From NCBI RefSeq assembly GCF_000737315.1, contig NZ_JMCB01000006.1:764001-1012000 (forward strand): a stretch of 248,000 bases of DNA, written 5' to 3'. This DNA comes from Hyalangium minutum. GTDB lineage: Bacteria; Myxococcota; Myxococcia; Myxococcales; Myxococcaceae. The notes under the pieces are model-generated. The model searched no databases, was not told the DNA's origin, and saw only the letters and a list, made by a program, of their open reading frames with translations. The position numbers and the translations under genes were made by a program. Positions 206,951 to 216,151 of the stretch are shown here, piece after piece; position 1 is the first letter of the stretch, and each line of letters opens with the position of its first letter.

Positions 206951-208306
206951 ATGCAGATTCCCCCGAAGAGCGCTGCGCCTTCGCTCGTGGCGTCCATTAC
207001 GCCGGGGACGAGCGTGTCCGGCACGTCCTGGCAGCGCTCCACGGCGCGCGAGGTGCCCATCTCCGAGCTGCAGCAGAAGTTCGGTTGGAAGGAGGGGAGC
207101 TGGCAGGCGGATCTGCTGAAGGCGGCGGACGCGGCGAGCCCCACGAGCTCGCGCCGGGACAACGGCAGCGTGTCGGCGGCGGAGGTGGACCGCTACCTGC
207201 AGAACCCGGGGGACGCGCGCTTCCTGACGTCCACGGCGCTGCAGCAGGAGCGCAAGGCGCTGGAGCAGAAGCTGGCGGGCGGTGCGAATTCGCTGGCGGT
207301 GGATGCGTTCGACAGTGACTGGCAGGACGCGGTGGCGCGCCGGGCGGACCTGAGCGGGGACGGGAAGGTGTCGCGCACGGAGCTGGACTCCTTCTTCACC
207401 GAGGTGAAGGCCGGCAAGGTGCAGGACGTGCAGTGGGTGCCGGATCAGAAGAGCGCGATGTTCGAGAGCAAGGTGGCCGAGAGCGCGGGAGAGGTGGATC
207501 CGCTGCGGCCGCCCGGCTCGGAGGGCCGCGGCCGGGAGCTGCTGAAGGAGTACATGCGCGTCTCGCTGGACGAGGCGAAGAACGTGCCCTCGTTCGTGAG
207601 CCACATGCTGTCGGCGGCGGACCTGGAGGAGCGGCCGCTCGACGTGGACCGGGACAAGAGCCAGTTCGAGGCGGACCCCGAGCTGGGCTCGAGCGGGGTG
207701 AAGGGCACGGACTACCGGGGCTCGGGGTTCGATCGCGGGCACATGAAGCCGGCGGCGGACTCGCCGGATCAGGCGGCGATGGACGAGAGCCACCTGATGA
207801 GCAACATGGCGCCGCAGTACCCGAACGTGAACCAGCAGTCGTGGGCGACGCTGGAGGACGCGGTGCGGGACTTGGTGAGCACCACCGGCGGCAAGGCGTA
207901 CGTGATGACGGGCAACCTGTACCTGGATGCGCAGGGCAAGTCGCTGCCGCCCGAGGCGCTCCAGACGATTGGCAACGAGGCGCGCCGCATCGCCGTGCCG
208001 ACGCACAACTTCAAGACGGTGTTGCTGGAGCTGCCCAACGGCAACCTGAGCATGTTCGCGTACATGGTGCCCAACGTGAAGGACGCGCCGAAGGGGACGG
208101 ACAACATCGCTCGCTTCCTGGAGAGCTCGCGCACGTCGGTGGACCGGATTGAAGAGCTCCTGGGGGAGGATTTGTACGCGCAGCTGCCTGAGTCCGTGCA
208201 GGCGAAGCTGGAGGCGGACAGCTCGGCGAAGCTGGCCTTCCGCGAGGCCAGCCAGTACCAGTCGGCCTCGCTGCTGCGGATGCGGGAGGCCGATACCCAG
208301 GCGTAG
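206951..208306 (+). CDS. DNA/RNA non-specific endonuclease
   Basis: FDRGHM.P, SNMAPQ..NQ. Confidence 0.9.
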   Translation: MQIPPKSAAPSLVASITPGTSVSGTSWQRSTAREVPISELQQKFGWKEGSWQADLLKAADAASPTSSRRDNGSVSAAEVDRYLQNPGDARFLTSTALQQERKALEQKLAGGANSLAVDAFDSDWQDAVARRADLSGDGKVSRTELDSFFTEVKAGKVQDVQWVPDQKSAMFESKVAESAGEVDPLRPPGSEGRGRELLKEYMRVSLDEAKNVPSFVSHMLSAADLEERPLDVDRDKSQFEADPELGSSGVKGTDYRGSGFDRGHMKPAADSPDQAAMDESHLMSNMAPQYPNVNQQSWATLEDAVRDLVSTTGGKAYVMTGNLYLDAQGKSLPPEALQTIGNEARRIAVPTHNFKTVLLELPNGNLSMFAYMVPNVKDAPKGTDNIARFLESSRTSVDRIEELLGEDLYAQLPESVQAKLEADSSAKLAFREASQYQSASLLRMREADTQA

Positions 208307-208343
208307 CGGCGCTCCGTGCACCGTATATAAGGAGGGGCGCGTC

Positions 208344-209243
208344 ATGGCCCTCTCCTCTGCTGCTTCCACGGCTCGCGCCACGGCGATTGGCGCGGTGGCC
208401 ATTCTGCTCTGGGCGTGCCTGGCGTTCCTGACGACGGGGACGGGGGACATTCCTCCGTTCGAGATTGTGGCGATCTCGTTCGCCATCGCGTTCCTGCTGT
208501 GCGTGGGCAAGTGGGTGCTGTTCCGCGAGGACATTGCCGGCCACCTGCGCCAGCCGGCCGCAGTGTGGGGCATGGGGGTGGGTGGGCTGTTCGGCTACCA
208601 CTTCTTCTACTTCCTGGCGCTGAAGACGGCGCCACCGGTGGAGGCGAACCTCATCAACTACCTGTGGCCGCTGCTCATCGTGCTGTTCTCGGCGCTGCTG
208701 CCGGGCGAGCGCCTGCGGTGGTGGCACATCGCTGGGGTGGTGCTGGGGCTGTGCGGCTCGTTGTTGCTGGTGACGGGCGGGGGACGCGTGGCGTTCCGGG
208801 CGGAGTACGCGGCGGGGTATGCCTCGGCGCTCGCGTGCGCGGTGACGTGGGGGGCGTACTCGGTGCTGTCGCGCCGCTTTGGGGCGGTGCCCACGGACAC
208901 GGTGGGAGGCTTCTGTGGGGCGACGGCGGTGCTCGCGGCGCTGTGTCACGGGGTGTTCGAGCGCACGGTGTGGCCGAGCCCGGCGGAGTGGGGCGTGTTG
209001 CTGCTCATGGGCGTGGGGCCCACGGGCTTGGCGTTCTTCGTCTGGGATGTGGGGATGAAGCGGGGGAACATCAAGGCGCTGGGCGGGCTCTCTTACGCCA
209101 CGCCGCTGCTCTCCACGCTGCTGCTCATCCTGGCGGGAAGGGCGAGCCCGAGTGTGGAGCTGGCCCTGGCCTGTCTGTTCATCGTCGGCGGCGCGGTGCT
209201 CGCCTCGCGGGACTTGTGGGCGCGGACTACCCGCTCAACATGA
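208344..209243 (+). CDS. EamA/DMT transporter (YddG-like)
   Basis: About ten TM segments; NYLWP. Confidence 0.88.
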   Translation: MALSSAASTARATAIGAVAILLWACLAFLTTGTGDIPPFEIVAISFAIAFLLCVGKWVLFREDIAGHLRQPAAVWGMGVGGLFGYHFFYFLALKTAPPVEANLINYLWPLLIVLFSALLPGERLRWWHIAGVVLGLCGSLLLVTGGGRVAFRAEYAAGYASALACAVTWGAYSVLSRRFGAVPTDTVGGFCGATAVLAALCHGVFERTVWPSPAEWGVLLLMGVGPTGLAFFVWDVGMKRGNIKALGGLSYATPLLSTLLLILAGRASPSVELALACLFIVGGAVLASRDLWARTTRST

Positions 209244-210267
209244 CTTCGGAGAGGGTCGTGGCCTTCAGGGCGCGATCGAACCACTGATCGAGCGTGTCCA
209301 GGTCTGTGCACGACAGGATGCGCTGGCGATCCGCATCGAGCACGGGGATGCCACGGGCAGCCAGGATCTTGAGGACGCTGTGGGCCCGTTCGAGCGCCTG
209401 GCCTTCCGCCCGCCCTTCCGCTCGCCCTTCCGCTCGCCCTTTATCCAGGCCCTCCACCAAGCCTCGGGCGTGTCCCTTCTCCATGAGCATTTCCGCGATG
209501 GTGCGCACCTGCTCCTCCTTGCTGTGCTCACTGGCCACTGAATTTAACACGCGCCACAGCGCTTCGTAGGCAGCGTCCCGGCCTACGTAAAACAGGTAAT
209601 GCACCACGGCGTGTAGCTGCTCCACACCTTGCGGAGAATCCAGCAATTCGGCCAGCAACGGTCTCCACCGGTCCAACAACACGGCGACGTGTTCGGAGCG
209701 GCCGAAGCGCAGCAGCAGCAGCGCTAGTGGCACCAGGGGTGGACCCGCCCGAGCCCTGAGCACCTCCTCTCGCTCCGCTGTCAGGTCGTCCACCAGATAC
209801 TCCAAGCGTGGCACCAGCACCTGCCATCGCTCCGCACCTTCTTTCGGAAGATGGAACAGCTCCTCCATCCTTCGGGGCGCCGTCCAGCCACTCTCCGGCC
209901 CGTGATACAGCACTACGGGAATCACCACGGGCAGCGCTTCGCTGTCCGGGTGCCGTTGAAGCCAGTGCTCCAGCTGGCGCACCACGTAGCGCAGCATTCG
210001 GAAGGCCATCCATCGGTCTACCGAGGACTGGTGCTCCAGCAGGAAGTAGAGCAGCACGGGCTGCCCGCAATGGAGCCGGGCCGAGAACAGCAAGTCGCTC
210101 TGGCTCTCACGCAGCTTGGGGTCCACCACGGTCCCCGACTCATGCTGGAGCGTAGACCAGTCCACCCGGGCAGCCACTTCGGGTGGCAACACGGCTCTCA
210201 GCTCCGCCGCTGCCCGCTCGGGGTGACTGAAGGTGTAGCGCGCGAACAAGTCATGAGGCCCCGGCAT
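209227..210267 (-). CDS. Rpn family (Transposase_31-like) nuclease
   Basis: HDLF, SDLLFS, LLEHQS, PVVLYHG. Confidence 0.88.
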   Translation of the reverse strand: MPGPHDLFARYTFSHPERAAAELRAVLPPEVAARVDWSTLQHESGTVVDPKLRESQSDLLFSARLHCGQPVLLYFLLEHQSSVDRWMAFRMLRYVVRQLEHWLQRHPDSEALPVVIPVVLYHGPESGWTAPRRMEELFHLPKEGAERWQVLVPRLEYLVDDLTAEREEVLRARAGPPLVPLALLLLRFGRSEHVAVLLDRWRPLLAELLDSPQGVEQLHAVVHYLFYVGRDAAYEALWRVLNSVASEHSKEEQVRTIAEMLMEKGHARGLVEGLDKGRAEGRAEGRAEGQALERAHSVLKILAARGIPVLDADRQRILSCTDLDTLDQWFDRALKATTLSEVMLSG

Positions 210268-210517
210268 TGCCAGCGCGGTACAGCATGTCGCGTGCCAACA
210301 CGGCGGGACTGAGGGGCACGGACTAAACGCCCGTGGTTCCTCGGACAGACGAGAGGACCGAGGGCCTGTCCTCGCGCCACAATTCTCGCGCGGTGGACGG
210401 TGAGTCCGGCGAGGGAGACGCTGAACTCCTTGTCGGCGCCACCCTCCGGGAAGGTTCTGGCTAAACCTGTCCGACAAGTAGACCGGTTCAGCGGAGTCCC
210501 GCAGGGACGGCGGCGGC

Positions 210518-213500
210518 TCAGGGCAGCGTCACCTCGTAGTACGTGCGTTTCTCTCCGGGTCGCTCACCCGGCCAGACCGCCCAGCCTTCCCAGGCGCCGC
210601 CCTGCTTGCGCAGGCACCGTGTGTGGACGCGCATGCGCTTCAGGTCGCGCTGAACCTCCAGCAGGTTGAACAGGCGCGGAACGGACTCGGGACGGTGGTG
210701 GGTGGGAGCACCGAAGCTCCCTGCGCCCACGACATGGAGCCGCCGTCCCGGATGCAGGTAATTCACCAGGTCGGCTCGATCCTCGTGCACGTGTCCGTGG
210801 AGACAGGCGCGGATGTCCGCCTGCAGCAACCGGCCCATGAAAGAGTCCGCCTGGATCTTCTCGTTGCCCGTGATGGGGTGGTGCCACACCGCGATTCGCA
210901 GCACCTGGGCGTCCTCCTGAAGCTCACCCCGCTTCCGTGCTCCGGCCAGCTCGAGGTGGGCGGCCTCGAGGCCACGGGAGAGGGCCCGCTCGGAGATGCT
211001 GGAGCGCTCGGTGAAGTACTCGTCGATCTCCCAGGCCGAGTTCATGGCCAGGAACTGGATGCGCGACTCGCTGAAGAAGAAGGAGAGGCACTGCTCCTCG
211101 GACGCCAGCGGGTACGGCCGCTGCATGAGCGGGTGGTAGAAGTGCTGGGAGAAGTTCTTGAAGCGCTCCGGATACTTCGCCTCGTCCCGCAGGTAGTACC
211201 CGTCACCGTCCTCCTTGTACGTGCCCGGCACGAGCGCGCGGGCGTCCACCTGGCGCTTCTTCTTCCGGGTGTACACCTCCGTGTCCCAGTCCAGGTCGTG
211301 ATTGCCCGGCACGAGGATGCAGCGCTCGGACGTGAGACCGAACCGCTCGATGAGCGAGGACACGAACTCGCGCGCCTTCTCGAACTCCTGGGGTGAGGCC
211401 CTGTTGGTGAGGTCTCCCGAGATGACCAAATAGTCCAGCCTGTCCACCCCGAGCCCGTCGTACCGGTCCTTCAGGTCCGCATCCAGCGGCTGGAGCAGGC
211501 TCAAGGGATCCTGCGTGGCGCCCACATGGAGATCGCTCAGGTGGAGGATGCGCAGCGGGGTGTCAGCGGAGGTTTTCACGGTCTTGGCCTCGGTGATGCT
211601 CACCCTCGTCTCGGTGATGTTTTGGGAGCGCTGCTCTTGAATGTCGGTGCGCAGCGCTCGGACCTGCTGGTGCAGCTCGGGGTTGCGCTCGCGTGCCTGT
211701 TGGGCGCCCAGCGTCAGCGGTGTCCGGCGATCGCACACGGGGCATCCAATGTCCGAGTGGCCCACGTGGAGCCGCTCCCGGACGACGTCCTCGGCGAACA
211801 CCCGGCCACACGTGCAGGTGATACTCAGCCGCTCCAGCAGCTCCACCCCCTGCTCGCGCAGGTGCTCCTCGATGATGTTCACGAACAGCGCGCGGGTGGT
211901 GGTGGGCGTCTCCGGATCGAAGTAGACGTCGAGCCGTGCGTGGCCACGAGCCCCCTGGCGGCCCTCACGCACTCGGCGGACGCCCGAGCTCTCCTGGCCT
212001 GCAAGGCTGAACTCGGCCCGGTCTTGCCACAGCCGCATGGGACCAAACCGGCGGCTCAGCGCGAGCGAGGTGACCAGCGAGGCGTAGATGTTGTCGATGG
212101 GGCCGGAGAAGTCGTAGTGCAGCGAGATGGCGTGCGGGAAGTCCTGGCCTGCCTCCTGCTGCGTCGGGCGGAAGAGCGAGGGGAAGATGAGCAGCCCCTC
212201 ATGGCGCAAGCAGAGCCCGTGCTCGAGCAGCAGCTCGATGACGCAGTCGAGCACCAACAGCTCCTGGTCGCGAGGCAGGCGCTCCGCGGCGGCGAGGCGC
212301 GGGAACTTCATGGCTGGGGAGAGCACCTTGGCCACGTCGATGGCGGGCACTCCGTGGGGATTGTCTCGCGCGGCGAGGATGAGCGAGCCGGCGTAGCGCT
212401 CCACCTGCTCCACTTCGAGGACGAGGACGCGGGTGCCGTCGGCCAGCCGTGTGTCGGCGACACGCCCCTGACGGGCGAGCGGTCCCACGACGGAGCGGAG
212501 CACCTCCGGGTCGAAGTCGTTGCCCATCTCCCGCCGCAGCTCGGCCTCCAGCTGCGAGAAGGTGAGCACCACGTGCCGGGCTTCGCGCAGCTGCTGCAGG
212601 TGCTGGCGCATGCGCTGGAAGAGCTCCGGGCGACTGACCTGCTCGATGCTGTTCCAGTCGATGGCCTCGGCCAGCGCGGCCTTCAGCTCGGGGATGCCCT
212701 GGCCCGTCTTGGCACTGGTGGACAGATAGGAGGTGAACTGGCAGCGCTGCACCAGCCGCTCGATGGCGGGCAGATCCACCGGCGAGTCCAGGCTGTCCAC
212801 CTTGCTGCCCACCAGGAGCTTGCGGATGTTCCGGGTGCCGGTGTGCGCCAGGAGGCGCTGGTTCCAGCCTTCGATTTCCTCCAGGGCCCGCTCGCCGCGT
212901 CCCGGCTCCATGACCATCACGGCAGCGGTCGAGTCCCGCAGGAAGAGCTGATGCACGAGCTGGTACTCGTTCTGTCCTCCCATGTCCCAGAGGATGAGCT
213001 CGCGCCGCGTCTGGGCGCTGGTGGGGTCCGAGCGCTGGGGCTCCGCCGGGAGGGACCAGAACCGCATCCCGTGGGTGGACTCCATCTCTTCGTAGCGATC
213101 CTGAGCCATGCGCAGCGCGAGGCTGCTCTTTCCCGCGCGCCCTTCCCCCACGAGCACCACCTTCGCGCTGACCTCGTGGACGGTGGCGGACGGAGGCTTG
213201 GCTCTCAAGAGAGTGTCCGCGTCGATGTCCCAGAGAAAAAGGCTGCGGAAGTCTGGTCCCACGGAGGCCAAGATGTTGCGCGTGGGAGAGAAAGCCACTC
213301 CCCGAGTCAGGAATTTCTTCGAGGAGGGGGACTGGAAGCGTGCCACTATCTCCCAGGTATCGGTGCGGAACAGGAGAATGTCTCCAGTCGTCGAATGGGA
213401 GGCGAGCAGGCGGCCATCTGCGGAGAACGAGACGGACAGCACCGAGGCTGTGTGGCCTTCCAATCGCGTCACTGTGCGGTCTTGCTCGGCATTCAAGACA

Positions 213501-215323
213501 TGGATGCCGCCATCTGCCGTCGCTAGTGCCAAAAGCGGTGAGTGCGGCCTCCAAGTTAGGTCGAGCACCCCGAAGCCCTGCATTGAAGATGCAAGCGTGG
213601 GCACGAACCGGTTATCCACTTCGCTCAGCCGCCAGAGGATGAGACAGGACCCACCTTGGGCATTAATAAAGCCGCAGGCTAGGATGGGTGCATCGGGAGC
213701 CCAACCCAAGCAACTCACAGGCTCGAGCGGTGCTGGCCTTGTGAGTTCACCCAGGAACTTGCGGGTGGGCGTGTTCCAGATGCGCAGGTTTCCCTGCCCG
213801 ACATCAGCGGCGAGCCAACCTAATGAAGAGCAGGCGAGTCTGTTCCCGTCACCGGCTGGGAGTAGCTCGACCTCGATGTCGCTGGGGGTCCCTTTCGTGT
213901 GCAAGAGCCGGAGAGCACGTTTGGAGCGCGAGAGAAGGGTTTCTCCGTCCGGCGTGAAGCAGAGGTCCGTAACGACGGTCGTGTGAGCAGATGCTATCCA
214001 GGAAGGGATCTGCTCTGCGAGGGGCCAGTACGCCAGATGCCCTTGTTCGCACCCAATTGCCAGCGCATCGCCGGATGGACTCCAGGCCAGCCGGCTTACG
214101 GTTTGGCGGCCCGTCCCCAGCACTTGGCGAAGCCGGATCCCCAATGGGAGCGGAGAGGGTTCTGGCATATCCTCCCGGATCCAGGGGGCCTGCGAGGAAC
214201 TGTTCCTGGGAGACGGTACGTCTTCCGGAGGCGTGCGCGTCAACAGAGGGAACCAGAGTGGAGAATCCGTGCGGTTCTCACCAGTCAGCTCACTGGGATA
214301 TTGGATCAGCGCAGCCAGGGGTATGGAAGTTGTGTCGGGCTCCCAGCTCCATTTAGCTTGGAGCGTGGTGAACAGTTCCTCCTGCGAGGAGAGGGGGCGG
214401 GAATGAAGCCGGAGCTTGGACTTGTAGATTTCTCCCACGGCGTATCCCCAAAAAAAAGTGTCGGCTCCTGTCTCCCCGAAGAGCGACAAAGCCTGCACTG
214501 CTCGAGCCCAGTGGGAGTATTGGGGAGGATCGGGCCAGGGTTCCCTCCACCCTGTTATGTCGAACCCACCGCACAGGTGCAGGAAAGGACGGCCTGAGGG
214601 GCCAAGTCTCTCGTGCAGGCGTGCGAGGGACTTGGATCTCAAGACTCCCGGTGGAGCATGCGTCAGCAGCAGGATCAGCTCATGCTGATGCGCCCAACGT
214701 TGGAGGTCGTGGCCAGTGGCAGCCTCCGCTTGCTCTACGTTGATTTCTCGCTGGCTCTCACTGCTGTCTGTACCAGGCTCGAAGACAGAGTTGAGACCGA
214801 TAACGCCGATCTTCCATTCGCCCGCCTTCACTGTCGTAGAGAAGTCTCCGGGTAGGAAACCGTTCCGCAGCTGGATCAAAGGTGAGTGCAGGCGTTGCTG
214901 CTGGGAAGCCCACTCTGTGTAGGCTTGGAACGCGCCGCTGACGACGTGTGTGGAGGAAGGACTTACGGCATGGCTGAAGGTTTTGGGAAACTGAGAAGCA
215001 GTGGTGCGGAGGAACAGGCTCGAGGAAGCATCACGCGGCGCAAAGTCTGATTCCCCAGGGACCGCGAGTAGCAAGGGATTCGAACCCAGGCTTCGAAAGT
215101 AGTCCCACAAGGAGTTCAGCGTGGAATTCAATAGCGCGAACTCACGGGGGCTGCCCGTCTGCGTCAGATTCCCAGTGAGGAACACCACGTCCCAAGGCCC
215201 GGCTTGGTCGTGGAGCTTGCGCAGATCGGTTTCAAGGGCCTCGCGGAACTCGGGGCGCATCAGCCGCGAGCCGTGGGGCCCGAAGAGAAGATCCGACAGG
215301 TGAAGCCAGCTGAACCGCGACAC
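210518..215323 (-). CDS. metallophosphoesterase / WD40 / Roc-COR GTPase / metallophosphoesterase protein
   Basis: GEGRAGKSS, WDMGGQ; C-terminal SDLH, GDL, GNHD, HGHVH. Confidence 0.82.
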   Translation of the reverse strand: MSRFSWLHLSDLLFGPHGSRLMRPEFREALETDLRKLHDQAGPWDVVFLTGNLTQTGSPREFALLNSTLNSLWDYFRSLGSNPLLLAVPGESDFAPRDASSSLFLRTTASQFPKTFSHAVSPSSTHVVSGAFQAYTEWASQQQRLHSPLIQLRNGFLPGDFSTTVKAGEWKIGVIGLNSVFEPGTDSSESQREINVEQAEAATGHDLQRWAHQHELILLLTHAPPGVLRSKSLARLHERLGPSGRPFLHLCGGFDITGWREPWPDPPQYSHWARAVQALSLFGETGADTFFWGYAVGEIYKSKLRLHSRPLSSQEELFTTLQAKWSWEPDTTSIPLAALIQYPSELTGENRTDSPLWFPLLTRTPPEDVPSPRNSSSQAPWIREDMPEPSPLPLGIRLRQVLGTGRQTVSRLAWSPSGDALAIGCEQGHLAYWPLAEQIPSWIASAHTTVVTDLCFTPDGETLLSRSKRALRLLHTKGTPSDIEVELLPAGDGNRLACSSLGWLAADVGQGNLRIWNTPTRKFLGELTRPAPLEPVSCLGWAPDAPILACGFINAQGGSCLILWRLSEVDNRFVPTLASSMQGFGVLDLTWRPHSPLLALATADGGIHVLNAEQDRTVTRLEGHTASVLSVSFSADGRLLASHSTTGDILLFRTDTWEIVARFQSPSSKKFLTRGVAFSPTRNILASVGPDFRSLFLWDIDADTLLRAKPPSATVHEVSAKVVLVGEGRAGKSSLALRMAQDRYEEMESTHGMRFWSLPAEPQRSDPTSAQTRRELILWDMGGQNEYQLVHQLFLRDSTAAVMVMEPGRGERALEEIEGWNQRLLAHTGTRNIRKLLVGSKVDSLDSPVDLPAIERLVQRCQFTSYLSTSAKTGQGIPELKAALAEAIDWNSIEQVSRPELFQRMRQHLQQLREARHVVLTFSQLEAELRREMGNDFDPEVLRSVVGPLARQGRVADTRLADGTRVLVLEVEQVERYAGSLILAARDNPHGVPAIDVAKVLSPAMKFPRLAAAERLPRDQELLVLDCVIELLLEHGLCLRHEGLLIFPSLFRPTQQEAGQDFPHAISLHYDFSGPIDNIYASLVTSLALSRRFGPMRLWQDRAEFSLAGQESSGVRRVREGRQGARGHARLDVYFDPETPTTTRALFVNIIEEHLREQGVELLERLSITCTCGRVFAEDVVRERLHVGHSDIGCPVCDRRTPLTLGAQQARERNPELHQQVRALRTDIQEQRSQNITETRVSITEAKTVKTSADTPLRILHLSDLHVGATQDPLSLLQPLDADLKDRYDGLGVDRLDYLVISGDLTNRASPQEFEKAREFVSSLIERFGLTSERCILVPGNHDLDWDTEVYTRKKKRQVDARALVPGTYKEDGDGYYLRDEAKYPERFKNFSQHFYHPLMQRPYPLASEEQCLSFFFSESRIQFLAMNSAWEIDEYFTERSSISERALSRGLEAAHLELAGARKRGELQEDAQVLRIAVWHHPITGNEKIQADSFMGRLLQADIRACLHGHVHEDRADLVNYLHPGRRLHVVGAGSFGAPTHHRPESVPRLFNLLEVQRDLKRMRVHTRCLRKQGGAWEGWAVWPGERPGEKRTYYEVTLP

Positions 215324-215349
215324 GTTGCCTCCGAGTCCCTACACCTACG

Positions 215350-216069
215350 TCAGAACCGCCCGGCCAGTCCCCCGAGGAGCCCTCCTTGGGGCGTCACGCT
215401 CACCACGGGCATGAGCCGGACCTTCGAGCGGGCTTGGAGCTCCAACTGGGAGCGCTGCATGGCCATACTGTGAGTCAGTTCGTAGGCCGTCACCGCGAAG
215501 AGCACCGGGGTCAAGGTCAGCCCCAGAATGAGTCCCGCCGTGCTCTGGGTGGCCACGCCGATGCCCGCGCCCACCGCTGAGCCCGCCAACGCGGCGAAGA
215601 ACGTCACCAGCCCGTCTCCCTCGCCTCCCGTCATCCTCCCCACGAGGCTCACACCCAGGGTGACTCCCACGGCGTAGGACACGGACAGGGACGCGCCAAT
215701 GGCGACGCCGCAAGCGGGCTTCTCGTCCGACGTCGCGCAGACGGGCAACGCGAGGATGGCCGTCGGGATGGTGCCCACGATGGCCCCCGCCAGTCCCATG
215801 ATGACGCTGCTCCACGGCATGATGACCAGCCGCAGCGCGGATTGATCCGGCTCGCCCCGTTGCCCCAGCAGCCGCCGCGGGATGAGCTCGCCCTTGGGCG
215901 GTGTCTCGGCGGGCGGCGGAGGAGGAGGCGGCTCCGCCGGAACGAGCGGCGGTGGCGGGAGCGCCTCCGTCGCAGGCGGCGTGTAGGGCGTCCACTCCTC
216001 GGAGGTCTGGGCGAACCCCAGGCCTGGGACAAGCAGCGTCAGGCACAGCACGAGGCGCGCAGGGCTCAT
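215350..216069 (-). CDS. secreted/membrane hypothetical protein
   Basis: Signal peptide; Gly-rich TM segments. Confidence 0.65.
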   Translation of the reverse strand: MSPARLVLCLTLLVPGLGFAQTSEEWTPYTPPATEALPPPPLVPAEPPPPPPPAETPPKGELIPRRLLGQRGEPDQSALRLVIMPWSSVIMGLAGAIVGTIPTAILALPVCATSDEKPACGVAIGASLSVSYAVGVTLGVSLVGRMTGGEGDGLVTFFAALAGSAVGAGIGVATQSTAGLILGLTLTPVLFAVTAYELTHSMAMQRSQLELQARSKVRLMPVVSVTPQGGLLGGLAGRF

Positions 216070-216151
216070 GCCTCCCAGCCTACCGAAACCGCGCCCCCCT
216101 GCGGGGTGTCTTGGGAAGCAACCCCAGAGGCGCTAGCCTCGGACCCGGCCG

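Noticed and set aside
214450-214457. A8 homopolymer in the Roc-COR gene as a phase switch
   Set aside because: Short, in frame and within an AT-richer region; too weak without read data.
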